From Myxococcota bacterium (GTDB lineage: Bacteria; Myxococcota_A; UBA9160; JAFDDA01), in NCBI GenBank assembly GCA_965228475.1, contig OZ245817.1, forward strand, positions 2,240,001 to 2,304,000: a stretch of 64,000 nt of DNA, written 5' to 3'. Below are positions 19,759 through 29,237 of the stretch, in pieces. The notes below the pieces were generated by a model. It did not search any database, was not told the origin of the DNA, and saw only the letters and a list, made by a program, of their open reading frames with translations. The number at the start of each line of letters is the position of its first letter. The first letter of the stretch is position 1. The position numbers and the translations under genes are program-made.

Positions 19759-21195
19759 TCAGCCGAGCGCATGCCAGAGATAGTTCAAGTAGGCCTTGAG
19801 CTTCCATTCGACGGCCTGCCAGTAGGTCTCGCGGGAGATCTCCCCGCGCTCGGCGAGGTCGGCCCACTTCTCGCCCTCGCGCCGGGTGACCTCGAGCTCG
19901 AGGCGGGCGAGCAGCTCCTGGGGCGGGACGCCGAACACCTCCCGGGTCGGCCGCGAGAGTTCGTAGGCGTGGGAGAGCCGGGCGCCCGAGTGCGCGGCGA
20001 AGGCGTAGCTCGGGAAGAAGTGCCAGATCGCGATCGGGATCTCGTCCCAGCCGTCGTCCCACGACCACGGCGGCTTGGGGCGGGACCAGCCCATCTTCGA
20101 GTAGTCGCGGCCGGCGATGTAGCGGCCGATCTCGATCGGGCTTCCGTCCTCCCACGTGCCGAGGCGGATCGATTCCTCGAAGAGCCCGGTGCCGCGTCCT
20201 TCGCTGCCGAAGGGGCCGCGCGCCTGTGAGTACCAGGCGCTGAAGTCGACGAGCTCGTAGGTCGCATCGGTCTGGACGCTGCGGTCCGCGCGGGGTGCGA
20301 CGGGCTCGCGGCGGCCCTGCCAGCGGAGGATCTTCACGTCGCTCGCGAGGGCGTCGAGGTCGAGCCGCTGGAAGGCGCGCACGCCGTGGCCCTGGGGCTG
20401 GCTGTAGACGAGCAGGTGGGCCTCGTTCTCGAAGTGCAGCGCGCCGTGGACGGGTTCGCTTCCGCGGCTCGTCCCGCTGCGGTCGTACAACAGGAACCGG
20501 TTGTGGAACCAGGTCTCCGCCTGCTCGACGCGGCCGCTCGAGCGATCGACACGGATCATCAAGCCCTCGTTGTCGCTGTCGTGATAGCTCCAGTCCGTGA
20601 ACCACTGGCGCAGGGGGTGGTCGTAGTCCTTCGCGTGGTAGAGCGAGTAGGTCAGGTAGAAGGAGTCGGCCGTGACGGCGGTGAGTTCGCCGTACACCGC
20701 GGCGCGGTGGGGCCGATGGCTCGGTTCGTTCTCGACGTTGTCGCGCGGGTCGAGGTTGCCGTCGAAATCGATGCGCACGGGGATGTCCCACTCGGGGTGG
20801 TGCGCGAGCTTCTGCACGATCACCGGCGCGTAGCGTTCGACGAGATGCCGGGCGAGCGCGTCCGGCGACGGGTCCTCGGGCGCGGCGCTCGCCGGCGTCG
20901 GCGGCCCGGGGAGGATCGGCGACGCGCCGGCGGACCCGGCGGCCCAGTCGGACTGGAGGCGATAGTCGGCCTGCTCGCCGATCAGGCTCTCGTTCGCGGT
21001 GATCAGGATCTCGCCGGTCAGCAGGACGGTCAGCGGCAGGCCGACGGCCAGGTAGAGCACCGAGTGCAGCGCCACGATCGCGCTGCGGCCGACGCCGGGC
21101 TCCGGCGCGAAGCGCTCACGCAGCCAGCGCGGGCCGGCGGCGATGGCGTCCCAGATCAGCCACGGAAACAGAACGATGCGCAGCGCGGACTTCAC
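19759..21195 (-). CDS. Membrane-anchored hypothetical protein (~478 aa) with an NPP1/Vps62-like motif pattern
   Basis: GTG 21195. N-terminal TM segment. Then ERYAPVIVQ, AVYG, YLTYSLYH, HDSDNEG, QGHG and KPPWSWD. Family assignment is inference. Confidence 0.7.
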   Translation of the reverse strand: MKSALRIVLFPWLIWDAIAAGPRWLRERFAPEPGVGRSAIVALHSVLYLAVGLPLTVLLTGEILITANESLIGEQADYRLQSDWAAGSAGASPILPGPPTPASAAPEDPSPDALARHLVERYAPVIVQKLAHHPEWDIPVRIDFDGNLDPRDNVENEPSHRPHRAAVYGELTAVTADSFYLTYSLYHAKDYDHPLRQWFTDWSYHDSDNEGLMIRVDRSSGRVEQAETWFHNRFLLYDRSGTSRGSEPVHGALHFENEAHLLVYSQPQGHGVRAFQRLDLDALASDVKILRWQGRREPVAPRADRSVQTDATYELVDFSAWYSQARGPFGSEGRGTGLFEESIRLGTWEDGSPIEIGRYIAGRDYSKMGWSRPKPPWSWDDGWDEIPIAIWHFFPSYAFAAHSGARLSHAYELSRPTREVFGVPPQELLARLELEVTRREGEKWADLAERGEISRETYWQAVEWKLKAYLNYLWHALG

Positions 21196-21236
21196 CCAGG
21201 CCCCCCGTCGCCGTATCGACCCGCGCAGGCACCGAC

Positions 21237-21264
21237 TCAAGGGATTCCCCCACGGATCCGATGA
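21237..21264 (+). promoter_or_regulatory. Sigma28-like promoter TCAA-N16-TCCGATGA
   Basis: Same architecture as the other sites. Lies upstream of the 21326 lipoprotein operon. Confidence 0.45.
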
Positions 21265-21325
21265 GACCGGAGGGGATCTGCACACCCGAGAGGGGGAGCT
21301 GCACGTTCCGGCGAAGGAGGGCTGC

Positions 21326-22483
21326 GTGTCTCGCACCCGAAGGTTCGGAGGGGCCCGACCGAGGACCGTCCGCCCGCGCGGGCCGGCCGCTTGGCTCGGA
21401 TGGTTCTCGTGCGCCCTGGCGCTCCTGGCGCCGGCGTGCGGACGCCCGGAACCCGACCACCCGCGCGGCTTCTTCCTGTTCGCGGAGGGTGCGGCCCTGA
21501 GAGAGCTCCTCGCGGGCTTCGCGGGCCTCGAGGGGACGCCGCTCGGCGAACGTTCGGCGCGTCTGCTCCCCCGGCTCGAAGGCTGCGAATGGGTCGCGGG
21601 GCACGCCGAATCGGGTGGGCTCGAGGCCCTGATCGAGCGACTCGCCTGCGCCTCGGCGGCCGAGGAGCCGAAGGCCGTCGCCAGTCTTCGCGCGGAACGA
21701 AGCGGCGTGTTCCTGGCGCCGGCGTTCCGCATCCGTGGCCAGGTGGCGTCCGGCGCGGTGGCCCTCGACGTATCCCTGCGCGACTCCGAAGACACCGGAG
21801 CCCTGGCCCTGTTCCTGCCGGACGACGACGCGGCAGGTCCCTCCGCGCTCTCGGCGGAGGCGACATTGCTTCACGCCCGGGTGCGCCCGCGCGAAGGGCT
21901 CGATCTCGGCCGCTTCGTCTCCGAGGGAGGCCAGGGTGACCGGCTCTTCCGCTTGAAGAGCGGACTTCTCTCGGACGCCGTGCTCGAGGGCGTCTGGGAA
22001 CTCGCCGCCTACATGCCGGAGGCTGGCGCCGCGCTGCCACCCATGGCCGCCGCGCTCGACGTGCGCAGCGAGGCCGTCGCCCGGGAGGCGATCGAGGGGT
22101 TCGTCGCTGCGCTCTCGGAAGCCTGGCCCATCCACCGGACGCCGGCGCGCTTTTCGGCGGGCGAGGGCGCCTGCTTCTTCGATCTTCGGATCCTTCCCGA
22201 CTTCGCGCCGTGCTACCTGCTTCGCCCCGGGGCGCTCGTGCTCGGCTGGAACCCGGCGAGCCTCGAACGCGCCTTTGCGGGTGCGGGCGACGGCGCGGCC
22301 GCGAGTCGCTTGACGCTGCATCTCGATCGCCTGCCCGAGGCCGACGGCCGGCTCGCCGGCTCGCGCGGCCCGCTGCAGTACGCCTGGGAGAGGCTCGAGA
22401 TCGCTCCCGGCGGCGACGGGGGGGATCTGCGCATCCGTCTCGTCCCACGAAGTCGCTCCGGCCTCGAAGTGGGTGCGCGATGA
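21326..22483 (+). CDS. Hypothetical lipoprotein (~385 aa)
   Basis: GTG 21326 after AAGGAGG. Basic N-terminus and lipobox LAPAC. The stop overlaps the next ATG (ATGA). Confidence 0.7.
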   Translation: MSRTRRFGGARPRTVRPRGPAAWLGWFSCALALLAPACGRPEPDHPRGFFLFAEGAALRELLAGFAGLEGTPLGERSARLLPRLEGCEWVAGHAESGGLEALIERLACASAAEEPKAVASLRAERSGVFLAPAFRIRGQVASGAVALDVSLRDSEDTGALALFLPDDDAAGPSALSAEATLLHARVRPREGLDLGRFVSEGGQGDRLFRLKSGLLSDAVLEGVWELAAYMPEAGAALPPMAAALDVRSEAVAREAIEGFVAALSEAWPIHRTPARFSAGEGACFFDLRILPDFAPCYLLRPGALVLGWNPASLERAFAGAGDGAAASRLTLHLDRLPEADGRLAGSRGPLQYAWERLEIAPGGDGGDLRIRLVPRSRSGLEVGAR

Positions 22484-24777
22484 GGCGTCACACCACGGCC
22501 CTGGCCTTCGTCCTCTTCGGCGTGATGGCGACGCTCGGCGTGGTCAGCGCGGAGCGGGTCGGGCGGCAGATGCGGGTGGCCAAGACCTGCACCGCGGCCA
22601 TCGAAGGACGCTTCGAAGACGCGCTTGCCGCGTCCGAAGGCCTCGCCGCCTCCGATACGGACGGACGCTTCGCGGCCGAGTGCCGGTGCCGCGCGCTCGG
22701 CGCCCTCGGCCGCGAGGGCGAATGCATCGCGCTGCTCGACGGTCTCCTCGACGAGGCCCCGGACTGGGTCCCGCCGCCGGACCTCGCGGCCGCGGTGGTG
22801 CGAGCGCGCCAGGCGTCGGGCGAGAACGCCCGGGCCGTGGCGCTCGCTCGCCGGGCGAGTGCCGCCCACCCGCGCGATGCCGCCCTGACCCAGCTCGAGA
22901 TCGCGGTGCGCAGCCCGCTCGAAGGCGAGACCGCGGTGGTCGAGGACGTGACGCGGCGGCTCGCCGCGCACCCGGACGCCCTCGGCCCGCGCCTCGCCCT
23001 CGGCGTCGTCCACTCACGCCGCCAGGACGCGGCCCGTGCAGCGGAAGCGCTCGGCGAAACGCCCCCGCCCGCCAGCGACCCCTACCTGACGTTCTGGTTC
23101 CAGGCGCGGGCCTGGGCGCTCGCGAACCTCGGAGACCTCGAGGGCGTCCGCGCCACCTACGCCGCATGGCTCGAGCGCGGCGGGGATGCCCGCGCCATCC
23201 AGGCGGACTACGCGCTCCAGCTCTCGGTCGCGCAGCTCCGCGATCCGGACCGCACCTGGATCGAGCTGATCGAGGGCGCCCTCGAGCACGAGGAGAGCTA
23301 CGCCGACCCGAAGGTGCCCGCCGCGCTCTACGCGCGCTGGATCGGTCACCTGATGGTCGAGGATCGGCACGAGGAGGCCCTCGCGCTCTACGACCGCGCC
23401 GCGGCGCGCCACGAGCTCGTCGGCCTGACCCGGGAGCAGATCCTCCAGGAGCGGGTGGTGGCGAGTCTCGTCGAGCGGCCCGCGGCGGAGACCAAGGGCA
23501 CGCTGGTCTTCTCGCTGCCCGAAGGCCTCGCGGCGGCGACGCTTTGGCTTTCCGCCGATCCCGAGGTGGCACCGGACGCCGTGTTCGAGCGTCACGTACT
23601 CGTCGCGGGCGAGCCGCTGCATCTCGATCGCACCGTTTCGGTCACCCCCCAGCGCTGGGTGCTCACCGACGAGGCGGGGGTGCGCGCCTCGGGAAGCGCC
23701 TGGCCGGGTCTCGGGATCGAGACTCCGGTCGCGATGGCGCCGCGCGCCCCGGCCGCGCTCGCGCCGGCCTTCGAGCCCGCCCAGGCCCCCGCCGACGGGC
23801 GACGGCGCGTCTTCGTCCTGATCCCGGACTGCGGCGACTGGCGCCTCATCCAGTATCTGCGCGCGCGCGGTGAACTCCCGGTGCACGATGCGATGCTGCA
23901 GCGCGGTCTCCGCGCGGTTCTCGAGAGCAACCCACCGGTGACCGCCGCCGCGATGGAGAAGCTCGTCTGGCCCGAGCGCGGCCGGAACAAGAGCGTGCTC
24001 GGGGAGTGGAACCGGCTGGGCCTCGAGATCGGCGGCCTGGCATCGGTCGGCCGGAACCCGCTCGGCTTCCTGGCCGCGGTGCTCCCCGAGAGTCGGAGCG
24101 TCTTCGAGGTGATCGGTGGCGGTCCGCACGTGGCCGCGAACCTGCTCTTCTCCCACGGCGGGATCGACGCCGGCCACCATGCCCGGCGGGTCGGTCCGCA
24201 CGGCGGGAATCGCCAGGAGGTGCCGCTTCCCTCCGCTCGCGAGCTCCGCCCGGAGGAGCGCGCGCTCTTCCGGAGCCCGCTGAGCGAGCGCGGAGAGATC
24301 CACGCGCGCAACCTCGCGGCCGAGATGGACGTGGCCGTCGAGATCGCCCGGGCCGGGGAGATCGACTTCGTGATGCTCCGCCTCGAGCCGCTCGACCTCC
24401 TGACCCACGAGCTCTTCGGGGAGCTCGTCGGCAACCAGCAGGACGACGGCCGCTCGGCGCTCCTCGACGCCTACCGCTACCTCGACGCCCGCTTCGCCGC
24501 CCTGTGGAATGCCCTCGACGAGGACGACGTTCTCATCGTGCTGTCCGACCACGGCGCGCGCACCGCCATGGAGCACTCGCTGGACGCGTTCTTCGTGGCG
24601 GTCGGGGGCGGTGTCGAGCCGGGCCGCATCCCGGGGATGCCGGAGATCGGTGGGGTGCCGCGTGCCCTCGCGGCGCTCTTCGGCCATGCCGAGGATTGGC
24701 CAGAAACGGGCGTGGCCGCCTCCCTGGTCGGGGAGACGGCCACGCAGGAACGTCGGCTTTCGCGGAGTGCGCCCTAG
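22480..24777 (+). CDS. Exported TPR-like helical protein fused to an alkaline-phosphatase-superfamily (phosphodiesterase-type) domain
   Basis: Signal/TM MRRHTTALAFVLFG and Ala/Leu-rich helical repeats. C-terminal VLIPDCGDW...GELP...SNPPVT...DLLTH...LSDHG. Confidence 0.75.
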   Translation: MRRHTTALAFVLFGVMATLGVVSAERVGRQMRVAKTCTAAIEGRFEDALAASEGLAASDTDGRFAAECRCRALGALGREGECIALLDGLLDEAPDWVPPPDLAAAVVRARQASGENARAVALARRASAAHPRDAALTQLEIAVRSPLEGETAVVEDVTRRLAAHPDALGPRLALGVVHSRRQDAARAAEALGETPPPASDPYLTFWFQARAWALANLGDLEGVRATYAAWLERGGDARAIQADYALQLSVAQLRDPDRTWIELIEGALEHEESYADPKVPAALYARWIGHLMVEDRHEEALALYDRAAARHELVGLTREQILQERVVASLVERPAAETKGTLVFSLPEGLAAATLWLSADPEVAPDAVFERHVLVAGEPLHLDRTVSVTPQRWVLTDEAGVRASGSAWPGLGIETPVAMAPRAPAALAPAFEPAQAPADGRRRVFVLIPDCGDWRLIQYLRARGELPVHDAMLQRGLRAVLESNPPVTAAAMEKLVWPERGRNKSVLGEWNRLGLEIGGLASVGRNPLGFLAAVLPESRSVFEVIGGGPHVAANLLFSHGGIDAGHHARRVGPHGGNRQEVPLPSARELRPEERALFRSPLSERGEIHARNLAAEMDVAVEIARAGEIDFVMLRLEPLDLLTHELFGELVGNQQDDGRSALLDAYRYLDARFAALWNALDEDDVLIVLSDHGARTAMEHSLDAFFVAVGGGVEPGRIPGMPEIGGVPRALAALFGHAEDWPETGVAASLVGETATQERRLSRSAP

Positions 24778-24816
24778 GCGCGGCACTCTCGCGAAGCGCG
24801 CCTTCGGCGCGGCAGC

Positions 24817-25419
24817 CTAGCGGCGGCGGAGGGCCAGGGGAGCGAGCGCCGCGAGCAGGAGCGCGAGGCTTCCGGGCTCCGGCACCGTCGAGGCGGGGAT
24901 GCCCACGGCGAAGCCGTTGCGGTTGCCGAACTCGAGCGGCTCCGTGGAACCGAGCGCTGCAGCGATCCCGGTCCCGTTCGGCACGTCGCCAGAGCAGTCC
25001 CGTCCCGCGGGGCACTCGATAGGACCGCCGTCCAGAGGGCCTGTCAGGACGTAGACGAAGAAATCGTCGTCGATGCCGTCCGCGATCGGGTTGGTGATGT
25101 CGAAGGCGATCGAGAAGAGATCCGTCGTCAGCGGCCCCGCGATGTTGAGCGACGCCAAGCGGGCGCGATCGTCCCCGGGCGCGCCGAACGGCAGGCCCCC
25201 AGTGTAGAGAAGCGTGGTGGAGTCCAGCGTCAACTCTGTGGGATCCCAGCCGACACTCACGTCGAAGCTCGAGACGGCGACCTCCTGGTCAAGGCCAACG
25301 GTGAAGATGATCTGGTCTCCGACGATCTCCTGATCGAGGGTCAGGTTGACCGTCAGCGCCTGGGCCGAGCCGGCGACGGCGACGGCCGCGAGGGCGCACA
25401 AGAAATGGCTGATCCGCAT
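24817..25419 (-). CDS. PEP-CTERM sorting-domain protein with a cohesin-like beta region
   Basis: Signal peptide ending AQA. SFDVSVGWDPTEL. C-terminus VPEPGSLALLLAALAPLALRRR. GGAGGAG RBS. Confidence 0.88.
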   Translation of the reverse strand: MRISHFLCALAAVAVAGSAQALTVNLTLDQEIVGDQIIFTVGLDQEVAVSSFDVSVGWDPTELTLDSTTLLYTGGLPFGAPGDDRARLASLNIAGPLTTDLFSIAFDITNPIADGIDDDFFVYVLTGPLDGGPIECPAGRDCSGDVPNGTGIAAALGSTEPLEFGNRNGFAVGIPASTVPEPGSLALLLAALAPLALRRR

Positions 25420-25504
25420 GGTTCTCCTCCGCAGGGCGGCGATTGCGCTGCCCGAGTGCTGGAGGTGAGTGGGGGCCCGATTTCGTTTGTGTCAGCGGAT
25501 TCCG

Positions 25505-25520
25505 TAGGCCGATCGGCCTA
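25505..25520. promoter_or_regulatory. Perfect 16-bp palindrome TAGGCCGATCGGCCTA, possible operator
   Basis: Self-reverse-complementary, about 85 bp upstream of the PEP-CTERM gene. Function not shown. Confidence 0.4.
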
Positions 25521-25642
25521 GTCCGGGGGAGAGCGACCGGAAGGACGCGCGCAACTCGGGCCGTTTCCGGCCGAGGCAGCGAACAGGGCGGCCCCCTCGG
25601 GCCCCGCGGGCTCGAGGGCGGTGGGCGGCGCCCTCGTGCGGT

Positions 25643-26542
25643 CTAGGAGGCGGCCTTCTTCCGGCGGGGCTTCTTGGAGCCCTTCGCGGCCTCCGGCTCG
25701 ACCTTGGCCATCTTGCGCTTGGGCCGGGCCTTGGCGGCCGTCTTCTTCGCGGCCGGCTTGGCCGGGCTCCGCTTGTCCGAGAGGCTCTTCTTGAGGGCCG
25801 CCACGAGGTCGATGATCTGCTCGCGCTCCTGCTGGGGCGCGGCGGCGACGACCTCCTCGCCGGCGACCTTGCGCTCGACCGCGGCGAGCACGGCCTGGCG
25901 GTAGCCGTCCTCGTAGCCCTCGGGCTCGAACTTCTTGCTGGCGAGCTGCCCGATCAGCTGCTCCGCGAGCTTGCGCTCGCCGTCCTTCAGCTTCACCGGA
26001 TCGCCGAACTCGATGTCGTCGAAGCTCGCGACCTCGTCGGCGTAGTGGAGGCCCTGGAGGACGAGGCCGTTGCCGAGGGGCCGGATCAGGACGAGCTGGT
26101 CCTTGCCGCGCGTGGCGAAGCGGCCGACGGCGACCTGGCCCGTCTTCTTCATCGCCTCACACAGGAGCGTGTAGGCCTTCTGGCCGCCCTTGTCGGGGCC
26201 GAGCAGGTTCGCCTTCTCGTAGTAGAGCGGGTCGACCTGCTCGATCGGTACGAACTCCTCGATCTCGATGGTGCGGTCGCTCTTGGCCTCGAGGGCCTTC
26301 AGCTCCTCGTCCGTGAAGACCACGAACTGGTCGCGGGCGTACTCGTAGCCCTTCACCATGTCGCTGCGTTCGACCTTCTCGCCGGTGGCGGCGGAGACGT
26401 ACTGCTGCTTCACCCGGCCGTGCTTCTTCGGCTCGAGCATCTTGAAGTGGACGGACTTCGAGCGGCTCGCGGTGTAGAGCTTCACCGGGATCGAGACGAG
26501 GCCGAACGAGATGGTTCCGGAGGCGATCGCGCGGGCAGGCAT
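25643..26542 (-). CDS. ku: NHEJ DNA end-binding protein Ku
   Basis: GTISFGLVSIPVKLY, VKGYEY, IEIEEFVP, YTLLCEAM, IDLVAALKKSL and a Lys/Ala-rich tail. Confidence 0.96.
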   Translation of the reverse strand: MPARAIASGTISFGLVSIPVKLYTASRSKSVHFKMLEPKKHGRVKQQYVSAATGEKVERSDMVKGYEYARDQFVVFTDEELKALEAKSDRTIEIEEFVPIEQVDPLYYEKANLLGPDKGGQKAYTLLCEAMKKTGQVAVGRFATRGKDQLVLIRPLGNGLVLQGLHYADEVASFDDIEFGDPVKLKDGERKLAEQLIGQLASKKFEPEGYEDGYRQAVLAAVERKVAGEEVVAAAPQQEREQIIDLVAALKKSLSDKRSPAKPAAKKTAAKARPKRKMAKVEPEAAKGSKKPRRKKAAS

Positions 26543-26601
26543 GTGGAAGAATCCCTGGGGGGAGGCTCTGGAAGCTGGAGGATAGAACGTCGTACCATAC
26601 C

Positions 26602-26629
26602 GGTTCGGCACGCGGCGGCTCAAGCGTTA
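26602..26629 (-). promoter_or_regulatory. Weaker sigma28-like promoter TAAC-N16-GCCGAACC upstream of ku
   Basis: Same spacing as the other sites but a poorer match. Confidence 0.3.
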
Positions 26630-26687
26630 AGGGTCGCAGCACCGGACCCCAAGGGCCCGGAACGCCACGGGAGGCTCCGAGGCCAGA

Positions 26688-29237
26688 TTGCGCGACCTCA
26701 AGCGGTACCGTCTCAAACGAGACCCGGAGGCCACGCCCGAGCCCTTCGGTGACGAGCGCCCCGGGAGGGCAATTCCCCCCGGCGGCGCCCGGCGCTTCGT
26801 CGTCCAGCAGCACGCGGCCCGGAACCTCCACTGGGATCTCCGGCTCGAGATCGCCGGCGTGCTGGTGAGCTTCGCCGTCCCGCGCGGGCCGTCCCTCGAC
26901 CCCGGCGAGCGCCGCCTGGCCGTGCAGACGGAAGACCACCCGCTCGAGTACGCGGACTTCGAGGGCGTGATCCCCGAAGGCAACTACGGCGCCGGGGCGA
27001 TGATCGTCTGGGACGAGGGCATCTATCGGAGCGCCGACGGCAAGGACCCCGCCCGCCAGCTCGAAGACGGCAAGCTCGATCTCGAGCTGCGCGGCCACAA
27101 GCTGCGCGGGCGCTTCGCGCTCGTGCGCACGCGGGGCGAGCCCGCGGGACGGAGCTGGCTCCTGCTGCACAAGACACGCGCGGCCTTCGAACCGCCGGAC
27201 GTGATCGATGCGGCGCCCGCGTCGGTGCTCTCCGGGCTCACGGTGGAAGAGCTGGCCGCCGGCGTGACGCGCGAGGACGCGCTGCGCGAGCGGCTCGCCG
27301 AGGCCGGTGCGAAGCGCGGACGCGTCGATGCGGCGGCCCTCCGCCCGATGCTGGCCTCGACGGGGGAGGGCGCCTTCTCGGACGCGGCCTGGCGCTTCGA
27401 GCTGAAGTACGACGGCGTGCGCATCCTCGCGGCGCGCGAGGGCGGCGGCGAGGTCGTGCTGCGGACGCGTGCGGGCCGGGACCGGACGGCCGTGTACCCG
27501 GAGGTCGCGGCAGCCCTCGCGCACCTCCCCGCGAGCGACTTCGTGCTCGACGGCGAGATCGTCACCCTCGACGCGGCGGGCCGGAGCTCCTTCGAGCGGC
27601 TCCAGCGGCGCTTCACCCAGCGCGACCCGGAGCGGATCGCCCGCGAGCGCCTCGAGGCGCCGGCCGTCTACGCGGTCTTCGACCTCCCGGCGCTGCTCGG
27701 GCACGACCTGCGCGCCCTTCCGCTCGACGCGCGCAAGGCCGTGCTCGCCGAGCTCGTCCCGCGCCAGGGCGTCGCGCACTTCGTCGATCACGTCGAAGGG
27801 GAAGGGGAGGCGCTCTTCGAAGCGGCGGAGGCCCACGGCCTCGAAGGCGTCGTCGCGAAGCGCGGCGACTCGCGCTACGAGGACGGCCGCCGCTCGCCGC
27901 GCTGGAAGAAGCTCAAGGTGCCCCGCACGGCGACGCTCGCCGTGGTCGGGTTCACGGAGGGCCAGGGTTCGCGCAAGCCGCTCGGCTCGCTGGCGTTGGC
28001 GTGGCACCGGGAAGGGCGCTTCGTCTATGCCGGCCAGGTCGGCTCGGGCTTCTCGGCCGAGGCGGTGGACGCCCTGCGCGAGGCGCTCGAGCGGCAGCGC
28101 ATCGAGGCGGCCCCTTGCGAGGACGTGCCCGAAGATCTGCCGCACGAGGTGTTCTGGGTCGACCCCGAGGCGTGCTGCGAGGTCCGCTTCACCGAGGTCA
28201 CGGGCGCCGGACACCTGCGGCACCCGGTCTTCCTCGGGTTGCGCGAGGAGGTCGCGCCCGGCGATTGCGTGGCACCGTCTTCATCCGAGACTTCCAGCGT
28301 GGAGCGCGAGCCGCTCGGAAACGAGGGGCCGCCTCCCAAGCTGCCCGAGCGCGGCTTCGTCCCCTCCCGCCTCGACAAGATCTTCTGGCCTGTCGATGGC
28401 TACACCAAGGGCGACCTGCTCGCCTACTACGAGGCCGTCTGGCCGTGGCTCGCGCGCTACCTCGAGGACCGGCCCCTCGTCCTGGTGCGGCACCCCGACG
28501 GGATCGACGGGAAGCACTTCTATCAGAAGAACGCGCCGGACTTCACGCCGGCCTGGGCGACGCGCCGGAACATCGAAGGCACGGACTACTTCATCTGCAA
28601 CGATCTCGACACGCTGCGCTACGTGGTGAACTCCGGCGCGATCTCCCTGCACGTCTGGCACAGCCGCGCGGCGGACCTCGAACGGCCGGACTGGCTCGTG
28701 CTCGACCTCGACCCCAAGGAGGCACCCTTCGCGGACGTGGTCGAGGTCGCCCGTCACGTCCACCGCCTGCTCGAGGGCTGCGGAGCGCCCCACGGCGTGA
28801 AGACCTCCGGGCAGGATGGCCTCCACGTCCTGCTGCCGCTCGGCGGCCAGCTCGACCACGAAGAATCGCGCCGGCTGGCCGAAGTGCTCGCGCGCGTGGT
28901 CGCGGCGGAGATGCCCGAGAAGACGACGCTCGTGCGCCCCGTGGCGCGCCGCGCCGACAAGGTCTATCTCGACTACCTGCAGAACGGACGCGGCAAGCTG
29001 ATCGCGGCGCCGTTCGCCGTCCGCCCGCGCGCGGGCGCGCCGGTCTCGACGCCGCTGTCCTGGAGTCAGGTGACCGCCCGCCTCGACCCGGGCCGCTGGA
29101 ACCTCCGGACCACGCCCCGGCAGATGGAGAAGAAGGGAGACCCGATGGCCGACCTGCTCTCGCAGGAACTCGACGTCGAAGCCCTGCTCACGGCGCTCGC
29201 CGAACGCCTCGCCTCCGCCGGGGAGGTGCAGGAATGA
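26688..29237 (+). CDS. ligD: DNA ligase D (phosphoesterase-ligase-polymerase)
   Basis: Phosphoesterase FVVQQHAARNLHWDLRLE and EDHPLEY. Ligase ELKYDG and EGVVAK. Polymerase TKGDL, DLDP, KTSG and DYLQN. Confidence 0.96.
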   Translation: MRDLKRYRLKRDPEATPEPFGDERPGRAIPPGGARRFVVQQHAARNLHWDLRLEIAGVLVSFAVPRGPSLDPGERRLAVQTEDHPLEYADFEGVIPEGNYGAGAMIVWDEGIYRSADGKDPARQLEDGKLDLELRGHKLRGRFALVRTRGEPAGRSWLLLHKTRAAFEPPDVIDAAPASVLSGLTVEELAAGVTREDALRERLAEAGAKRGRVDAAALRPMLASTGEGAFSDAAWRFELKYDGVRILAAREGGGEVVLRTRAGRDRTAVYPEVAAALAHLPASDFVLDGEIVTLDAAGRSSFERLQRRFTQRDPERIARERLEAPAVYAVFDLPALLGHDLRALPLDARKAVLAELVPRQGVAHFVDHVEGEGEALFEAAEAHGLEGVVAKRGDSRYEDGRRSPRWKKLKVPRTATLAVVGFTEGQGSRKPLGSLALAWHREGRFVYAGQVGSGFSAEAVDALREALERQRIEAAPCEDVPEDLPHEVFWVDPEACCEVRFTEVTGAGHLRHPVFLGLREEVAPGDCVAPSSSETSSVEREPLGNEGPPPKLPERGFVPSRLDKIFWPVDGYTKGDLLAYYEAVWPWLARYLEDRPLVLVRHPDGIDGKHFYQKNAPDFTPAWATRRNIEGTDYFICNDLDTLRYVVNSGAISLHVWHSRAADLERPDWLVLDLDPKEAPFADVVEVARHVHRLLEGCGAPHGVKTSGQDGLHVLLPLGGQLDHEESRRLAEVLARVVAAEMPEKTTLVRPVARRADKVYLDYLQNGRGKLIAAPFAVRPRAGAPVSTPLSWSQVTARLDPGRWNLRTTPRQMEKKGDPMADLLSQELDVEALLTALAERLASAGEVQE

